A DNA stretch of 64,000 bases from the human T2T-CHM13v2.0 reference genome, Homo sapiens: NCBI RefSeq assembly GCF_009914755.1, contig NC_060929.1; one strand, given 5' to 3'. How positions within the stretch are numbered: the first letter of the stretch is position 1; every line of letters starts with the position of its first letter. The notes beneath the pieces were generated by a model. That model did not search any database. It was given only the letters and a program-made list of their open reading frames with translations, and was not told where the DNA came from. Of this stretch, positions 1 through 13,081 are shown in pieces. The translations under genes and the position numbers were made by a program.

Positions 1-676
1 ACAGCTCTGCTTCTAGTTTCTTCACCTCCTTACCCCACCCAACTTGATCACCTCTGCACTCATGGCCGGCACAGGGTCTGGTATAGGTATGTGCTAATGT
101 GCCTTTCCAAAATTGGAAGCAAGGGGAGTGGGTAGTTTTTTATTTAATAAAGCAACAAATCAGCTTCTGATAAATCTCCCCAAACCATACATACCTATGC
201 TGAGTTTCCAAATCTGTCAAATAGGGGTGTGGAATTCTTGTTCTATGCTGCAGGTCTATTTCAAGGATAAAATGAGGTAACTGGGGCAATTACCTTCGAA
301 AAGGACTAAGGGCTACACACGTGTCTTTCTCAAGGCCCAGCTAGTTCATTTATTCATTCACTCACTCATTCATTCCCTCATCCATTCAATATTTATTCAG
401 CATTTTTACATGACAGAATCTGTGAAGCAATCCCCAAGTAGCCCTAATATTTATATGCTAGGTAAATGTATTCAGCTCTGTCTCTTCCCACTGAGATTCC
501 CTGTGGGGAGGGACATGTCTCCTTCACTGCAGTATCCCCAGAGCCCAGGGTCTGTTTGCCTAAGGGCCCCGTGGCTTCCCTTAGCTGAATGGGCTACACG
601 AAGTGAGTTTTCCTCCTGAAAAGTACCCCAGGGACCTCTACTGATGTTGGGAGCTGCCATCGAGAACCAGCTGGCA

Positions 677-975
677 GGCTGGGTGTGGTGGCTTGCACCT
701 GTAATCCCAGCACTTTGGGAGGCTGAGGCAGACAGACTGCTTGAGCCCAGGAATGTGAGACTAGCCTGGGCAACATGGCAAAACGCCATCGCTAGAAAAA
801 AATAACAAAAATTAGCTGGGTGTGGTGGTGTGCGCCTGTAGTCTCAGCTACTCCGGAGGCTGAGGTGGGAGGATCACTTGAACCCAGGAGGTCAAGGCTG
901 GAGTGAGCCCTGACTGTGCCACTGTACTCCAGTCTGGGTGATAGAGAGAGAGACCCCATCTCAAAAACAAAGAAA
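677..975 (+). mobile_element. Alu SINE (old, AluJ-like) in HK3 intron 1
   Basis: Dimeric Alu consensus with A-tail; 14-bp TSD GAGAACCAGCTGGC at 662-675 and 976-989. Confidence 0.95.
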
Positions 976-1092
976 GAGAACCAGCTGGCTTAATCTTTCC
1001 AGTGTCCACTTCCCCTGGTGTGAGCCAAACAGGAGGGATGAGGACAAGACAGCTGTGGAAGGAGCAGGCAGTAATTAGACCGAAGTGCTTAC

Positions 1093-1170
1093 CTGGGACA
1101 CAGAGAAGCTAGTCACTCTCCTCAGGTCTGAGCTCTTGTCTGGCAATATGAGGCACCCCAATGACCAAAA
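1093..1170 (-). other. HK3: HK3 (hexokinase 3) non-coding exon 1 / 5' UTR; upstream boundary (TSS) approximate
   Basis: Minus strand reads GACAAGAGCTCAGACCTGAGGAGAGTGACTAGCTTCTCTGTGTCCCAG|GTAAGCAC, matching my recollection of the HK3 mRNA 5' end; strong donor at 1091-1092; HK3 is the known same-strand neighbour downstream of UIMC1 at 5q35.2. Confidence 0.8.
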
Positions 1171-1420
1171 GCAACACTCAGGGGTGACCCGAGTTATAAT
1201 ATCCTCAAGCCCCACCCTTTTCCTCCACCACCACTTACCAAACATCAGCTAATTCAGGAAGCTGCACTTCCTTCCAAGCCTGCCCTAAGAGTAGCCCAGG
1301 CTAGGCAAGGCTGTGGTGAAAACTTGAGCAAGATGATTACCGCGAAGTGGAGCGTTGAACTGGGTCTAAGATTTTGGGCCATTCCCTCTACAATGCTGAG
1401 GGCTGTTTATTTTGCAAATA
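1171..1420 (-). promoter_or_regulatory. HK3: HK3 proximal promoter (myeloid type)
   Basis: TATA-like TATTATAA on minus at ~1194-1201; CACCC box ~1210-1217; ETS/PU.1 motif GGAAGGAAGTG (minus, 1265-1275); RUNX TGTGGT ~1312; a further PU.1-like AGGGGAAGTGG at 1006-1016 in intron 1. HK3 is an established PU.1/CEBPA target. Confidence 0.6.
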
Positions 1421-3279
1421 TAGTGAGTTCTGAGGTGGTGGCTCGCCCCTAGAAGGAGCTGGAGGCGCCTAGCCTGGAAAGGTTATGGTAAGTACTTTTG
1501 AGCAAGAGGCAATGTGGGAGCACAAGCGGAAGGGACTGACTCTGCAGAGAGTGGGCAGGGCTAGCTGAAGAAGCTGAGTCTTGAAGAAAGAACAGCAGTA
1601 TGCTGACAAAAGTGGTCCTTGACAAAGTGGAGAGCATGTGCACAACCACAAATCACACACACACAGCAATGAGGTGCAGCTCCAGGCGCCTGAAGAGGGT
1701 ACACCAAGGTAGGAATATATAGTGGGAGAGGAGGTGACAGGCAGACTGCGGAGTCTAGCCTTTAGTCTGTAGGCTGCGCAGGGAGAGTAGGTTCACATCT
1801 TAGGTCTTCTCTACTGGAAGAAGGGGAGTGTTAGGCTGCTGTGGAGCTATTGGCGAACAAGCTGTTTTTCTGTGGGAATTTCTCCTCAAAGGCACAGAAC
1901 CTTGGGGCACCAATGTAGAATACTAGACAGCCTGCAACAATCTTTGTTGAAGGCATGGATACACTTTAAAGCTTCAGGCTGCCTTGTCAGCAGTAACTCT
2001 ATCCACAGATAGTAGGCCTCCACATGACATCAGGATGGAGACCAGAGATAGTGGCTCCTCTATCAGTAGTGGCATGAAGAGGCCAGGAAACATGCCAAAC
2101 ATCAGTCCTGCTGTGAAGTTTACTGGGTACCAACCAGGCATATAGGCTGTGAAAGGCAGGGAAGTGGGGGATGGGGTGGCAGAGGGTAGAGTGGCTGTCA
2201 CAAACAACACAGCATCCTGCCTAGCCTGGGATCCCAGTCCCTTTCAACTTTGTTCAGTTGGGAGAGGAGAATGTGGAACTGACTATGAAAGGCCCAGCTG
2301 TGATTCATGCAGATAGCCTGCCATTTCTTGAGCCAGGGTGAGGATATGCCCCTGACAAGCATGGCCAGGGCTCTTCATCTGCGTTTCTGGAAGGTCTGTG
2401 TCCAGACCCCAGGAGCAGGGGTCCTGGTTCCCTAGTCAGAATGCCAGGGAAAGTCTGGGTCAAGGCCAATGGAGGGAGAAGGATGGCTGAGCTTGAGGTC
2501 TGTGAGCAGCTGGGACAGCCTGGCTGTAGCAGAGGCACTGCAGCTGCCAGCGGTTCTCTTCAGACACCAGATGGCCACTGACCAACAAAGGGAAGGACAA
2601 GTCCTCACGAGGTTCCCTCATAGCCCCTTAGTGCCAATCTCCAACTGTAGAGATGGAGCTAAGGAATGAGGAAAGGCAGTTTGCTGGGGGAGAGGTGGGC
2701 ACAACCAGAGCACTGCCGATGGGCTGGGAGGTCAGGCCTTCCCTCTGCGCTTGCTCACAGGCTTCTCACCACTCACAGTGCCCATGCCAGGCACAGAGAT
2801 CCTCAATAAGCTCCCCCAATTTGTTCCACACCCTTTATACCGTGAATGTGCCTTGCAGCTCTCCTACACACATCGAGCTACTTCTGTTGTGTCTTTGTTT
2901 GCACTGACTTGTCTGGAATGACCCTCCCTTTGGCCTCTCCCACCTTTTCACCTCATTTTTCCTCATCCCTTAAATTATAATCATCAACGACAATGAGGAG
3001 CCCTTCTCTGAAAAGCTCCTCCTGGCCGACCCCAGCTGAGTGTGGTCTGCTTATTGGTTCCGTATTATGATGCATGTTCTTGTATCACTGCATTTATATC
3101 TGTTTATTAAAGGCATCTGTTTATGTGTTCTTCTTCCCCATTGTACTATGGGCTCCCAGAGAATGTTTCTTATTCACCCGTGCAGCCTCAGACCTCAGTT
3201 CTTTATCTGGCAAGGAACAAGTATCAATTAATTTTTGTTAAATTGAAGAGCCCTCCCACAATCTCAATAGTCCACGGCT

Positions 3280-3679
<400 letters not shown>

Positions 3680-3999
3680 CTACAACCCTCTCATCCACTT
3701 ACTACCTGCCTTCCCCTCCCCAAATTCCCATCTGCTAACAACCTAAGGCCAAAGCTACCCTGATTCACAGGCAAAAATGAGCTCATCCAAACCTGAAATT
3801 TCCCTTGAGTCATTAGTTTTGTGACTGAAATGAGAAGTAGGAAGTAGTGTGCTATAGTACAGAAAGCTTCAGCTCTGGGGTCAGGCAGACCTGGTTTCAA
3901 AATCCCATCTCATTACCAACTGAAAGACCTTAGACAAATTTCTTATTCCTCTGAGCCTCGGTTTTCCTTGTATAAAACTTGGAGACTGATGTCTTCATA

Positions 4000-4570
4000 G
4001 GATTTGCTTTAGGTTAGGTAAACCCAGAGGCAGACCTAATTTGAATGCAAATAACTTTATTTGGGAAGTGATCCAGGACAGGGCCAGAATCAGGGCAATG
4101 CAAATGATATGCCTAGGGTACAGAATGTAAAGAGACCCTCTCAGGTTCATACGGGTGCCAACCTTGCACTTAGATGAACCCAAGAATAAAGGCTCATCAC
4201 CCTAGTCCCAGTCCTGATCAGGAAAATACAGAAGAGGAGCTGGAAGCCAGGTAGGAAGAGAAAGAAGCCAAGGAAGTGTACGTTAATTGTTACTGGGAGC
4301 TTAGAGAGGTTCACTCCCACAGGGAACCCTGAGAAATAGGTAGAATGTGCCTTAGAGTTGTCCCTCACTGAGTGAGGAAGCTGGGGTATCTATCCTCCCA
4401 CTTCCACTGGCTGAGAGCTGTCCCAGGGGCACTAACTCCCTGGTACTCTCAGCTTGTGCCAACACAAACCAAGAGAAGTCCTCAGGCAGAGTCTCAGGTA
4501 CTTGCAACAGGACTCTGTGGGTATACAGCAGAATGGCGAATGCCTGGGGGAAATGGGCGAGGCACAACCT
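4000..4570 (-). mobile_element. Old MaLR LTR fragment (MLT1-like)
   Basis: Degenerate MLT1-type motifs such as AACTTTATTTGGGAAGTGATCCAGGA and GGAAGCTGGGGTATCTATCCTCCCACTTCC; boundaries approximate. Confidence 0.5.
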
Positions 4571-6814
4571 CTGCTGGGGCTGCTGTAAGGACTAAATGAA
4601 AAAGCACAACTACAGCGCCTAACAAAGAGAAGTCCCCCTCTATCTCTTCCAATTTACGGCAATAGCTTGTGAAGTTTATGGAGCTTCCCAGCTCTCCGTG
4701 AGTTGGCAGCATCAGCAGAACAGCTATTTCTCATCTTTCAGAAGTAAAAGAAATCCAGGGGCCCTAGGAGAACTCTAGATGCCTGGGACCCAAGTTTCCT
4801 GTGGAAGCCTGATGGTTGATGGAGCCCGAGTAGTCCCTCCTGAGTACACATTCCTCTGAAAACTATCTCCTCTTGCATCTGCACCCGTCCCCCATCCCTC
4901 CACCCCTCAGTGCAACATCATTTGTGACACATAGACTAGCATCACATTAATAACTGCTGCCACTAACTCATTCTTCTATGTGATGACATTGTGCTGGATC
5001 AAAGCTTTATCCACATTATGGTAATCCTTAGAACCCTGTTAGTATGATTTTTTCCCATTTTATGGACAAGAAAGCCAGGTCTCAGAGAGGTTAACTTTTA
5101 TCAGAAGCAGGGTGCAGATGTAGGCTGATCTCACACATTTTATACTTTGTCTCTTCACTCTTTCACTAATGCTCCTCTCACAGGATCACAGCATGGGGAG
5201 AATAAGACTGTGGGCAAACAAGACGGTTGTGAGGAGGCGATGGGGGAAGTGGGTAGCTGTTCTTCCCTTGACTCCCCATTAGCTAATAATTAAGCCTGTG
5301 GTTCCTGGTCTGGCTGATCCATACCCTCCTGCTGCTGACTCATGTTTTAGGGAAACTGCTCAATTTTAAGCTAAATAATTCACTTTCCAGAAGTACCCTT
5401 TCCCTTTTCTTATCTTCAGGCAAACAGATACACACACTGTCCCCTGTTTATACAGCGCTACCTCCAATAAATTGCCATTTAATGAAAGAGAAAACAAGCG
5501 AGAGTTAAGCTTATGGGACATAACTGATAAACTACTTTTCACTAGAAGAAAAACAGGAAAATAATCAATACTGGAGTCAAAATATAGCATTTTCTTCAGG
5601 AATGAAGAGTAGGGGCACTGTGGTTCCACTGCCATGGACAAAAAGTGGCTTATTTGTTACTCTAAGCCTTTGCTTCCTCATCTGGAAATTGAGATGATAA
5701 TACCTATACCCCATAGGGTTGCTATGAGGATTAAATGAAGGCCACATACATTGCCTGGACCGTAGTAGTTGCTCAAAAAATAACAGCTATTTCTTATGTG
5801 CTGCTAGCCACTAGGTCAGTGCCATCCAACAGCAAGACATTATCTATGGAAGGAAAAGACAGTGAGACTGCCATCTTGCCTTCTTCTAACTCAAAAGGTT
5901 GTGTGCAAAGGGACCTAGGCAGGAACAAGGCCTTAATGTTTGTGCTGTCTTCCATCCCAGCTATCTGCTAACTCCCCAGTCTAACACATACCTCGTTTTC
6001 ATGTTAAAAGAAAAGATAACTTTGGACAAAATCAGAAGTTAGGAGAGTCTTGAGTGTGCCTGTTTATCCTGTCCCAAGATCCTTTCCTGGTCAACAGCCA
6101 CCTCCCCCAGTTTTTCATTACAACTTCAAATCAGTTTTGGCCAAAACTAGCATTCTTCACATCCTTGTTTGGTCATCTCCTTCAGGTAGCTCCTTCTGCC
6201 AATTGACATCCTCTCATCTTCAGAGTCTGCACATGGCATGCACCGAGAACAGACCACATCTCTGTTCTGCACTGGAAGCTCCTAGGCAACACGGTGAGGA
6301 ATGTGCGCTATGTTAGTAATGTTACCAAAACAGAAGCCATGTCCTGTTGCTGCTAACCTTTGGCATCAAGAGACCCAATCTTGATTTGAACAGATGAATA
6401 TGCCTGGCATCCCCACTGGTTAATCTATTTAGAAAAAATAATTGCATAGGCATCTAATAACAGAGTGTTCACTTGCACATTCCTGGGAAGAATGGCAGGA
6501 CACATCCTTCAAATGTTCTATGCTCAGGCTGAGAATTCCACTGTGTGAGTACAAGATGAAGGGACAGGTCACTGAATGGTAGGGATAGCAGAATAGGTAG
6601 TGGGAGTCAATGCCCCTGGCACCTCCCAGAATTATGTCAGAAACAGTCAAGGGAGTAACCAATGTTCGGAATTGTGCAGTACACATTAAGTGAATATATA
6701 CATGGTATGTCAAGGATCAGTAATGGCATTCATTCAGCATGTGATTTATGAGTCTAATAAACTACCTCTACAATGAAAGTATCCCCACCCCAAACCCTGC
6801 AACATGAAGGAAAA

Positions 6815-7095
6815 AAAAATTAAAATTTCCATCTATTGAAATAAGATTTCGTACAAACATAAATATATTTAAATTTTTTAACTGTAAGTAAATTCAAACA
6901 AACTGTTATAAAACAGAATACACAGTTGTCTGCATAGATCATAAAAAACATAAAAACCAGAATGCTGGGTAGGTGCTGGTGGTGAAAACTGCAGGGCTAA
7001 AACTTGCTCAACAATGAACTAGGGACCACTATGGCTTAATGAACATGGCCCACCCCTCCTACTAATGGTTTTGTCAACTTTTGGACCCTAGAAAT
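6815..7095 (-). other. UIMC1: UIMC1 3' UTR (end approximate)
   Basis: Follows the TGA at 7096-7098; AT-rich; variant signal AATAGA (minus, 6832-6837) followed by a U-rich tract (A-run 6811-6819 on +). Confidence 0.65.
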
Positions 7096-7306
7096 TCAGA
7101 ATTTTCTCCTTCTTCCTCTGCCAGCTTTGGTCCGTGTCCGACTACCTGGCTGGACAGTAACTTGCTTTTTAAAGTCCACTAAGCAATCTGTGGCTTCTGA
7201 AATGGAAACAAAAGACTTGACGGGAGATTCATTTAAGTCACGACGTGTGAAAGAACTCTGCATCTCTCTGCTGCAGCCTGCCTCTTCCATCCCTGGTGAA
7301 GGCACC
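7096..7306 (-). CDS. UIMC1: RAP80 terminal coding exon (exon 15): (R)VPSPGMEEAG...NESPVK...GRGRRRKF*
   Basis: Acceptor TTCCTTCTCTCTAG|G at 7307-7308; TGA 7096-7098; recognised RAP80 C-terminus including the S677-P CDK site; phase matches the previous exon. Confidence 0.97.
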
Positions 7307-7824
7307 CTAGAGAGAAGGAAAAAAATTCAGATTCAATATACACCTACTAAGCATCAAGGACATGCTATGCACTGTATCAGGGGATTTTACATATCAGGGG
7401 ATTATTAGTACAAATAATCTTTGTAATAATCCCACCACATATCATCACTCTGTTTTCACAGATGAGGTCACTGGGTAAATCATATACTACTTAAAGCTGG
7501 CCATTGAGAGAATGAGAACTGAGATCCAAATTCCCAAGCTGCTTGAGAATCCAGGTCAGAAAACCAGGGTTGGATGGGGATAGAGAGGTACAGAAGAATA
7601 AGACATAACTTTCACTCTGTTTGTTTTAACACAATGAATGAATTGAGTTATCCAATCTTTAGCTAAATGGGGAGCACAGAGTCATACTGAGAGAGAGGTC
7701 ATAATAGTTCCACAGTGATTTCTACTGCAACAGTCTGAGTATCACACTACACACAGAACACAGGACAAGGCCTGCACTTTTCAGAAATGCTGACAGCCAC
7801 AATTCAGTGCACAATCCAATTCAC

Positions 7825-7861
7825 CTGAAGGCTCCTGTTTCTGAAGACTTGATGTCTGCAT
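7825..7861 (-). CDS. UIMC1: RAP80 exon 14 (37 nt): (D)ADIKSSETGAF(R)
   Basis: AG at 7862-7863, GT at 7823-7824; phase 1 to 2 joins its neighbours in frame. Confidence 0.95.
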
Positions 7862-8927
7862 CTGTGATATAAAAGAAAAAATAATAATGTTGGTAGTAGT
7901 GTTGGTAATCATAGCACTTCTCACTGATCTTTTGCTTCTGTGCTCTAGGCACTGCTTCTCATCAGGCCTATCCAGGTAGCACAGATCCCCAATCCCCTAA
8001 ACCCACAGACGGTGAGCATTAGTGTCCAACAGACTCAGCTGCAGGGGCACTCAGATGAACACTTTTGAATGAACAACCTCTGAATAAATCTACTTCAATT
8101 CTGGACTTGAGGAACAAGGAAGTTGCCAAGGGAAATCTGCCACCTGCAGAGATTCACAAACTGGTGATCTAGAGACAGCAGGATATGAGGCTGGGAGAGG
8201 CTGCCTTTTTATAGTCATCAGAAGGCACAACAGATTTGCTTGGTGGGAATGAACTATTAGAACTAGATGGTAAGCACATCTCACCAGGCTTAAGCAAAAG
8301 CTCCTCTTCCATCCACATCTGGTGAATTTTAACAATAGCGACTAATAACAACAGTAATAATAGCAGCTAACATTTATCAAGAGCCTACTTATGCCAGGGA
8401 ATATGTTTGGAGCTTTACCAGATACAATTCTTGCAATCTATGAGGTTTGGCATTACTAACTCCCTGCAATGGTCTTAACCAATCCACTCTACTGCTCCCT
8501 AAATACTACGCACAAACGCTCAGGATCACAGGTTGCGACACTAAGATAAAGGTAACATATTAATGATGCACAAAACAATAGAAGGAAGCAATAATGTCTG
8601 CACATCTAGTTTACTGTGCCTGTTCCTTTAGAAGGTATACTTGGGGCTTGTCGTATTCCCCTGTGTTTTGATAGTGTTTTTTCTGAGTTCAACAGGCTGT
8701 CCTGATCCAAGGATTTATAAAGCCTGAAATGAAACACAGGATGAAAAAGACAGCATATTGCCCCAACTTCCTTAAGGAGAGATGACCTAGATTGAGTCTC
8801 AAAGGCTGGCTGACTGGATCACGTGTGTACCCAGATAACCACAGCAAATAGTCAGGGGGCTGGCAATGGCTATCTTCACTGAAAGGCCTTAGGCAGAAGC
8901 CCAGAAAACTGGTCCTGGGGTCCTCAC

Positions 8928-8991
8928 CTGAAGTCTTGTGCTCAGACTGTTCCAAGAAACTAAGGAGTCGGCCTTCACTGTGGCCTTTTTC
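8928..8991 (-). CDS. UIMC1: RAP80 exon 13 (64 nt): EKGHSEGRLLSFLEQSEHKTS(D)
   Basis: TTACAG| acceptor 8992-8993; CAG|GTGAGG donor 8926-8927; in frame. Confidence 0.96.
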
Positions 8992-10336
8992 CTGTAACAG
9001 AGAAAAATAGATGAAAAGGTTACTTCATGTCAGAGTCTAAAATACAACTTCCACAGCCCAGATCACACGTGTTCATAGAAGAGAAAAGGTGTGGGGGCCA
9101 CAGCTCTAGGGAAGTCTTTTGCTTTCTAATAAACGAGGGTTTCACAAGTGAAAAAGCAAACTATAATGAAGAGAATACATCGCTATGCCCAGAGTATCAT
9201 GGATTTAAAATAGAAAATAAATTTTAAGGTAGTGTCTACAGGCAGTGATCCCAGAATAAACTGGCTGTATAAGTAAGTGCTTACCTATAAACCATAACTC
9301 CAAATCTCCGCCTCAAAATCACCCCATTCACAGAGAGGGGTCTCTTTCTTCTGGCATGACAGACAATGGCTTCCCCATTTTAGTGTGTACAGTGACTCCT
9401 TTGTCGGTAACCCGAGAATATGGAGCTGCTGCTTTATCTTTCATCTCTAAGCCAAGACTTGCTCTTCCTGATCTCTAATTACAAGGCCCCAAAAGTACAT
9501 CCATCCTTCCCAGTGACCAGGGCCCAGACCTGGCAGCTTCCTAAGGAGTTCGACAGAGTTGATCTCACATATATTCTTGGCAGTGGGATTATAAATTGGA
9601 TATCCTTTCCGGAAAGCAATTTGGCAGGTTTCGAGACACTTTAAAATTTGTACATCCACTGACCTAATAGTTCCGTATCAGAAAATGTATTCTAAGGAAA
9701 TAATCAGTGGTACAAAGACTGATTAATGTTTTAAATACAATCTTGTAACACAAAAGAACCAAAATGTCCAATAATAGGTGTATGGTTAAATGACCATCTG
9801 TGTGATATAAACATTAATAGTAATTTTTAAAAATAAAACCCAAAATGATGTTTACACTACATCTTAAGTTTTCATAAATGCAAGTGAGAAAACTACATAT
9901 CGAGTACTACACAGAATATAGTATACACATAGTACTAGATATATAGTATGTTGTGTGTGTGCTTATTGCATATATATTGAGAGAGAGAAGGGGGGAGAGG
10001 GAGAATAGTGTTAATTACATTAACAATGCATAGAAAAAAAGACCGGAAGAAAATAGGCCAATACATTAAAGGTTATCATCTTTGAGTAGCTAAATTATAG
10101 GTGATGATTTCCCCTGATTATTTATATTTTTTTGAACTTTCCATATTCTCTACAATGAACATGTATTACTTTTTAAATTAAAAGGAAAAATAATTTTAAA
10201 AAGCACAAATCTTGTTTCAAGATAAATAGAGGGAAGAGGGGAGGGAGAAGAGGGAAAAGCCAGAACAGAACTGTGGCCTCTTACAACTGACAACCAGGAG
10301 GGTTAGGTGGCCTTTCCCAAAACACTCTACACATAC

Positions 10337-10508
10337 CTTTGGGTTCTTCAGCCTCTGCTGCCACTTCCCCTCCACAGTTGAACATGCTCTTCCACTCCCT
10401 TCAGGTCCATCTCCTTGGTCAGCCTTTGCAAGCTGGAGACAGGAGTCCACATGACACTGATACTCTCTAAATGGGACCAGGGATTTACAGAGGTAACACT
10501 TCTCATTC
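10337..10508 (-). CDS. UIMC1: RAP80 exon 12 (172 nt), second zinc finger CYLCKSLVPFREYQCHVDSC
   Basis: TAG| acceptor 10509-10510; AAG|GTATGT donor; C2HC finger visible in ORF 10217..10516. Confidence 0.97.
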
Positions 10509-11237
10509 CTATCCAATAAGAAAAAAGGAAGAAAACACAGTTTTAAGATGTGCTTTTGCCTCTGGGCCCCTGGATATGTCTCAAATTGTGTTTTTACGTC
10601 GCAAAGTTATTCTATGGAGGAGACATATCAACCAATGCAGATTCACTCAGCAGGATCACCAATAAAACTAATCCAACGCCAATCAAAAGGACTGAGTGAT
10701 TAGCAGTTTTCCCTGGCTGTTTCTCTGTACCCTGCTGTTGCAGCAGTGGGATGGTAATGAAATCAGCTCTTCAAACTATCTCAAACAATGCTGATTGCTC
10801 TTCAGACATAAAATATTCTGTCGAACTCTTCCAAAATTAAGTGTAATAGTTTTTTTCAAAGAGAAGTTAAAATTTCAACAGAAAAGGGAGCACCAAGAGC
10901 ATTAAATTAAGTTGACATTTTTACCAGGGTGGATGAACTTGTCTGATTAGCAAATCAAGTCTGTCTATATGCTGACTTCCTTAATTCTACAATCTGCAAC
11001 AACAACTAAGAAGTTACTAAAAGCCATGTGGTTCTGCCAGAGGCTTTTGCGTAATTTTATATGCATAGCTATCTTTACCTTTTTTAAAAGAGCAGAGTTT
11101 GGGTAAAGAGAGGAAAAGTAGGTCCTTGAGGTAAAGTGTATTGGGCATCAGTAAAAATGGAATCACTGGGGGTAAAAGAAAAAAATGAGTATTTATTAAG
11201 TATTTTCTCTGTGGTGAGAACCTCTGCAAGGCCCTTT

Positions 11238-11399
11238 AATCACAATTCTCAATTAATTATTCAGCTCCATTAGGAAGGAACTAGTCTAACTATGGTCTTA
11301 TAGGTAATAATTGTCAGAAACTAGATTTGCCTGACTCATAAGATCACCTTGGTTTTAAGAAGCTAAAAAAATTTTCCAAAGCATGCTATCTTGGACATC
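11238..11399 (+). repeat. Left arm of a 162-bp inverted duplication
   Basis: Reverse complement of 12179-12341 with 2 substitutions and 1 indel. Confidence 0.97.
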
Positions 11400-12178
11400 T
11401 CTTTCTGGCCATTATTATTCAGTAACTACAGCAAGGGAGACTTGGATTAGCTATAAGGAAGACTTTTTCTGAAGATGTTTAAAATAGCAGAAATAAGTCT
11501 CTCAAATACTTAATTATCCAGAAGAATGCAAGCAAAATGCTGCCTTAAGAGAAAAGCTAGACTAGTATACCTTTCAAGGTTTATCAATTAATGCAAAAAA
11601 CATTAATTCCCTACTACATGAGAGACAGAAGTACTGCATAAGAGGCAGGAGTTTCAGAGTTGGACAGACTTTATCACTTCTAGCTGCAGTGATCTTAACC
11701 AGTTACATAAAATTTCTCTTTAGTTTCCTTACTTAAAAAACGAAAGAATAACTACCTTAAATCAACTACAGTGAGACTTACAAACAAGGCACCTAGCACA
11801 ATGACTGGCACATAATATTAGGCACTAAACAAACAGCTATTATTGCTGTCTCAGATACATTTTATTAGAAGCTGGGGATATAAACATGAACTAAGGCAAG
11901 TATCTCTCTCAAAAAACTCAGACTAACCAGGAATACAGAAATATTCTTTTTTAAAACCAAATTACTGCAATACAATGTGAGGAATTCCTAGACGAATGTC
12001 TACATTACAGTAAGATTCCAAAGGGATCAGCTCTGCTCAACTAAATTAGGGAAGACAGCCCTGAAACTCAGGGTCTAAGATCTGTGTTTCAAAGATAAAA
12101 GTTTCTGCTTAGTAACTGCTCTAATCTACTGTTGGTAATGACATTACTTTCAGGAGGAAGCACCTTTGTGCTATCTTT

Positions 12179-12341
12179 GATGTCCAAGATAGCATGCTTT
12201 GGAAAATTTTTTTTAGCTTCTTAAAACCAAGGGGATCTTATGAGTCAGGCAAATCTAGTTTCTGACAATTATTACCTATAAGACCATAGTTAGACTAGTT
12301 CCTTCCTAATGGGGCTGAATAATTAATTGAGAATTGTGATT
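12179..12341 (-). repeat. Right arm of a 162-bp inverted duplication
   Basis: Reverse complement of 11238-11399; 779-bp spacer. Confidence 0.97.
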
Positions 12342-12622
12342 CTGACCCCTTCCTCAGAATGAGCTTTCTCAGTCAAGCTGCAACACACAACCAAAAAGTC
12401 TTCTATATTGCCCAACCTTTTGCAATTCAACTTCTGTACTATTATACAAAATGCTCAATGCTTCCCAAAGAGCACCAAATACCAATAAGCAAATTAAAGA
12501 AAACAGAAACCTAAGAGCAATGCAGAAGTGGAGTGGGTGGCAGGATTGCTTTTAGTGTATTAAAAAGGGATACAGAGGCCACCTACACTGACAGAGACTA
12601 GGAATAAGAAAAAGAAATTCAG

Positions 12623-12950
<328 letters not shown>

Positions 12951-13081
12951 TTCAGGCATCCAAGCAATGAAGCAATTGGCAGGCCAAAGAAATACAGGGT
13001 AAGATAGGAATTGGTCTTTTTATTCAGTCCAAACGATGGTATGTTATACAAGAGCTCCGTGAATGCAGCATACCTACTTAC

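Noticed and set aside
7127-7408. Plus-strand 93-aa ORF overlapping the last UIMC1 exon
   Set aside because: Antisense shadow of coding sequence
11238-12341. Inverted repeat as the TIRs of a DNA transposon
   Set aside because: No TSD or transposase; ~98% arm identity is too young for human DNA transposons; the spacer holds MIR/L2-like old sequence
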